64,000 nucleotides of DNA, from assembly GCF_004010195.1 (NCBI RefSeq), contig NC_057717.1, positions 40,850,984 through 40,914,983 on the forward strand, given 5' to 3'. This document shows positions 60,591-64,000 of this stretch, piece by piece; position 1 is the stretch's first letter, and each line of letters opens with the position of its first letter. Under the pieces are notes generated by a model that saw only the letters and a program-made list of their open reading frames with translations, made no database searches and was not told the origin of the DNA. Source of the stretch: Chiloscyllium plagiosum. Lineage: Eukaryota. The translations under genes were made by a program, and so were the position numbers.

Positions 60591-61049
60591 ACTGATCCTT
60601 GGACCTAACATGGTGCTGTAAGTGCTGATATTAGAATACTTTCACTGCACTCATCAGATATCACAGGCAAACATACTAATTGACTTCAAATTTGAGAGAC
60701 TCATTGCATTTGATGCTTTTTCCAAACAAAGCTTCTGCTTATGCTGTGGCACGGAATAGCCATCAGAGGTTGGTACTACATAAATTTAAATTGAAGTCAG
60801 TGCAACACGCGAAGGGCGTAAGAAAGTGAAAACGGACTTTTTCATACCCTTTTCAATGAAGTCACTCCCACAACGACAGAATCCCGAATGCTCAGAGATG
60901 CAGATGCAAATTAAAACAATAAAGCACACACACAAAGACACAGGCAAATACAGAAACAGACACATCTCCACATCGCAACATTTAGACCCAAGCAAACATT
61001 CGCACGCTCAAGCTAACAGACTCATTAAATATGACCATGGATAATCTGA

Positions 61050-62320
61050 AATACACCTCTATATTATTTCCTCTTGGGAAATACGACAGGACAGGTGGCT
61101 GAGCCCCGAGAGAGAAAGAACGATGGGAACAGTGACCGTAATTCTATTAGTTTGCGAATAGTTCTGAAAATGAATAGTCCTGATGGAAAACTAAACGTTA
61201 TAAATTGGGACATGGATAATTTTGACAGTATTAGGAGGAACATTCAAAAGATGTTTGGGGGTAACTGTTTCTGGGTAAATGGATGGCTGACAAATAGCAG
61301 TCTTTCAAAGCTGAGACGATGAGCGTTCGGGACATGTTGCTCTGAATGTGAAGGGCAATGCTCGCAGAAGGCATGAACAGCACAAGATGGGGGATACTGA
61401 GATTCTGGTCAAGAGAAACTATAGGATTTATATGTCTGGTCCGGGCAGATGGAATTAGTTGAATCACTTGAAGAGCAGATGTCGGAGTACACTCATGAGG
61501 AACATCAGGAGAGCAAAAACGGGTGTACAGATGTTGATCTTTTAACAAGGGAAAAGAGTCCTTTCCCTTTTGTAGAATGTCGTAAAAGATACACATTCCG
61601 AAAAATCTGTGAGTGGAGGAGTTTTAGTGTCAGTTTGATTATAGGTAACAGGCATGGTATCAGGTGGAAGACTTTAGAGCTGTTTAAAAATAAACTTGTA
61701 GTTTGAAAGGGGAGTGTGCAATTCTCCCAGCTCAGAGTACTCTGGTTTGGTTTGGTTTATGGTGACTTGGAACATAAGAACATAATAGAACATGAGAAAA
61801 GGAGCAGGCATATGCTGTACAGCCGGTCGAACCTACTCTGTCATTCAAGAATACAATGACTGATCTATTTTGGACTCAGGTCCAATTACTCGCAGTCTTG
61901 CCGTATCCGGGAATAACTTTATTTTTCAAAAAACATCGACCTAAGCCTTAAAAACATTTACTGAAGTGGCGTCAACTCAACGTCAAGAGCACCCAGGTAG
62001 TTGCACAGTAGCATGCTACAAAGATTTTTCCCATTCAAATAATAATCATTTCTACAATTTCTCCTACCAAAATGTACGACTTCCCGTTGGTTAACATTGT
62101 ATTCCATCTGTAAGACTTCTGCCCACTCATTCAGTGTATCTATGTCCCTCTGCAAATTATGATAGTCATGTGCACACTTTGCTGTGCCACCTATCACAGT
62201 GCCATCTGCAAACATTGAAACTGCATACATGGTACCCAATTCGAAATGATCTATGTAAATACTCAATAAATGAGGTCCCAACTCCGATCATTGAGGCACA
62301 CCACTCGTCACTGATTGCAT
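61050..62320. mobile_element. CR1 fragments (+ 61050-61560; - 61770-62320)
   Basis: GNSDRNSISLRI...INW on +. On -, GPHLLSIYID...MFADGTVIGG...LQRDIDTLNEWAEVLQMEYNV with an aacataagaacata tail. Confidence 0.75.
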
Positions 62321-62829
62321 CATTCAGTTGTATAATCTGTTTGGTATTTTGACAGTATAAGTTATTTTCTATTCTGTTCGAATTTTGTTTCATTTGTTAA
62401 TGTTGTCTATAAATTGTATATTATTTAAGTCTATGTAGAATATCCACGTTAAATCTGCTTAAAACAACTGGCCATATTATGGTTCAGGCTACTTTCTTGA
62501 AATGTTTTTTTTTTGGGTGGGGGGGGGGGGCTCAACTAGTACCTGAAAGGTAGACGTTCTTTGCAGGTTTTGTTCGATACTTGTAAATTAGGATTATACT
62601 GATAGACTCGAAGATGTCGAGTCACGGTTCATTAGATCAGTATATTGAGAAGCATGGAATAGTGTAAATTAAGTTGACTTCGGATTGAGTCCACCAGTCG
62701 GCGCAACATCGAGGGCATGTACTGCACCTAAATGTTTAGCATAGCTATTAGTGTATTTTGTTCTGGGTCGTGAATTCGATTCGTTTAAACAATGCTTGGT
62801 ATAGCACTGGTCCTTTCATTCACCAATAA

Positions 62830-63550
62830 TTTACTGGAGATAGAAGAAGTTACCTTGGGATTATAAAAGAATGTAATTAAGACCAAGCAGCTGGAGATAG
62901 CAGACAAGCTGGAGTTGGAGCTGCCTCCTCCCGTGAGGAAAGGAGAGATAATTACAGCGATACCTCAACATTTAAATTTGCTGGAACCGCTGTCAGAATC
63001 TTTAGTGACAGCTAAAATTCAGTTGAACATCTCGCAACTTGAGTTTGAGAGAAACGACATAGAATTGCGTAAAAAAGAAGGGAGAAAAGAAAATGAGAGA
63101 AAGATAGTGAAGAGAAAGAAATATAAGTGTAGAGAAAGTGAGAGAGGGGACAGGAAGAAAGATGGAGGTTGAACTTCAGAAAGTGGCACTAAGAAAGGAG
63201 TTCAAACATTTACTTTCTGAAGCAGTGAGGACTCACATGAATTGCAGAGAGTTAAAACGGCAAGGTTAGCAGCTGGAATGGCTGACGTTTATGATTTCGT
63301 CCATAAATCAAAGTTTGGCTTTCAAAATCAATTTCAAACCGTGTGGGATAGGAATTTGTGAAAAGGAAAGGGAATGGTAAATCTTGTTGAAGATCAAAAT
63401 AATAATCTACGACAGGGTAAAAATGAATCCATTGAAGTTGAACGAGAATTTAAAAAAAAAACTCTTGCGTTTTCTCTGCAAAACAAATGTAGGCCTCAAG
63501 AAATCACAGTGTTGGTGGTGATATGTGGAAATAACATGGGAAGTACTGGT
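62830..63550 (+). mobile_element. Decayed Gypsy (Gmr1-like) LTR retrotransposon gag remnant
   Basis: KQLEIADKLELELP..VRKGEIITAI, a coiled coil, QRVKTARLAAGMADVYDFVHKSK and a broken zinc knuckle RFLCKTNVGLKKSQCWW. Confidence 0.6.
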
Positions 63551-63570
63551 CGAATTATGCTTGATGGAGG

Positions 63571-63692
63571 AAGTGAGGACTGCAGATGCTGGAGATCAGA
63601 GTCGAAGACAGTGGTGCTGGAAAAGCATAGCAGGTTGGGCACCATCCAACGAACAGGAGAACCGACGTTTTTGGCATACTCTCTTCAGGATT
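63571..63692 (-). mobile_element. Penelope-like pLTR fragment with a broken hammerhead
   Basis: aagtgaggactgcagatgctggagatcaga...; minus strand CTGAAGA-gagtatgcc-AAAA-ACGTC (GAAA lost). Confidence 0.7.
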
Positions 63693-64000
63693 GTTTAACT
63701 GAGAATGGAAGGAGAGTCTACAAGTATATTAATCGCCAAAGAGAACTGAGTTTTTGAATTCGCCCCCTTAAATATCAAGCAACGATGTATATGTGGAAAC
63801 ATTGCAGAATAATTAGCTTTATCAGGTTGATTGTCACATGTACTCATATGAGGACAGTGAAAATTTATAAGTAGTAACGCATCACGCAACCTGAGGTAGG
63901 AAGGTTCACCACCCCAACCCCGCCTCTCCCCACAGAACAGCATCGTTTCACAACGTAGAAAAAATAGTTAAATCTAAAACACTGTTGTCCTTCCCACAAT

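Noticed and set aside
4404-64000. V, D or J segments or RSS of a following Ig cluster
   Set aside because: The CACAGTG/CACTGTG heptamers I noticed (for example 12041, 28144, 55487, 58759) lack a properly spaced ACAAAAACC-like nonamer, and no V-domain ORF was seen.

Overview
Eukaryotic, repeat-rich genomic DNA from a cartilaginous fish. The IgM sequence and repeat families suggest a shark, possibly a carpet/bamboo shark; this is inference. The window opens in the 3' half of a cluster-type IgM heavy-chain gene on the + strand: CH3 exon, CH4 plus secretory tail, TM1, TM2 and both poly(A) signals. This copy carries an apparent frameshift at the start of CH3 and has lost invariant Ig-fold residues, so it is probably a pseudogene or an atypical cluster. 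About 51 kb downstream and convergent lies the large coding exon of an elasmobranch GPR139/GPR142-like class A GPCR (- strand); its first exon was not found. The rest is mostly CR1-group LINE fragments, HE1-like SINEs, Penelope-like elements, a decayed Gypsy gag remnant, several minisatellites and four assembly gaps. An old head-to-tail duplication spans about 14.4-33.2 kb. The most notable hidden signal is a set of minimal type I hammerhead-ribozyme cores (CUGAnGA...GAAA-palindrome-UH) in two Penelope-related repeat families. Repeat boundaries are approximate and were read by eye. Most entries in the ORF track are spurious.
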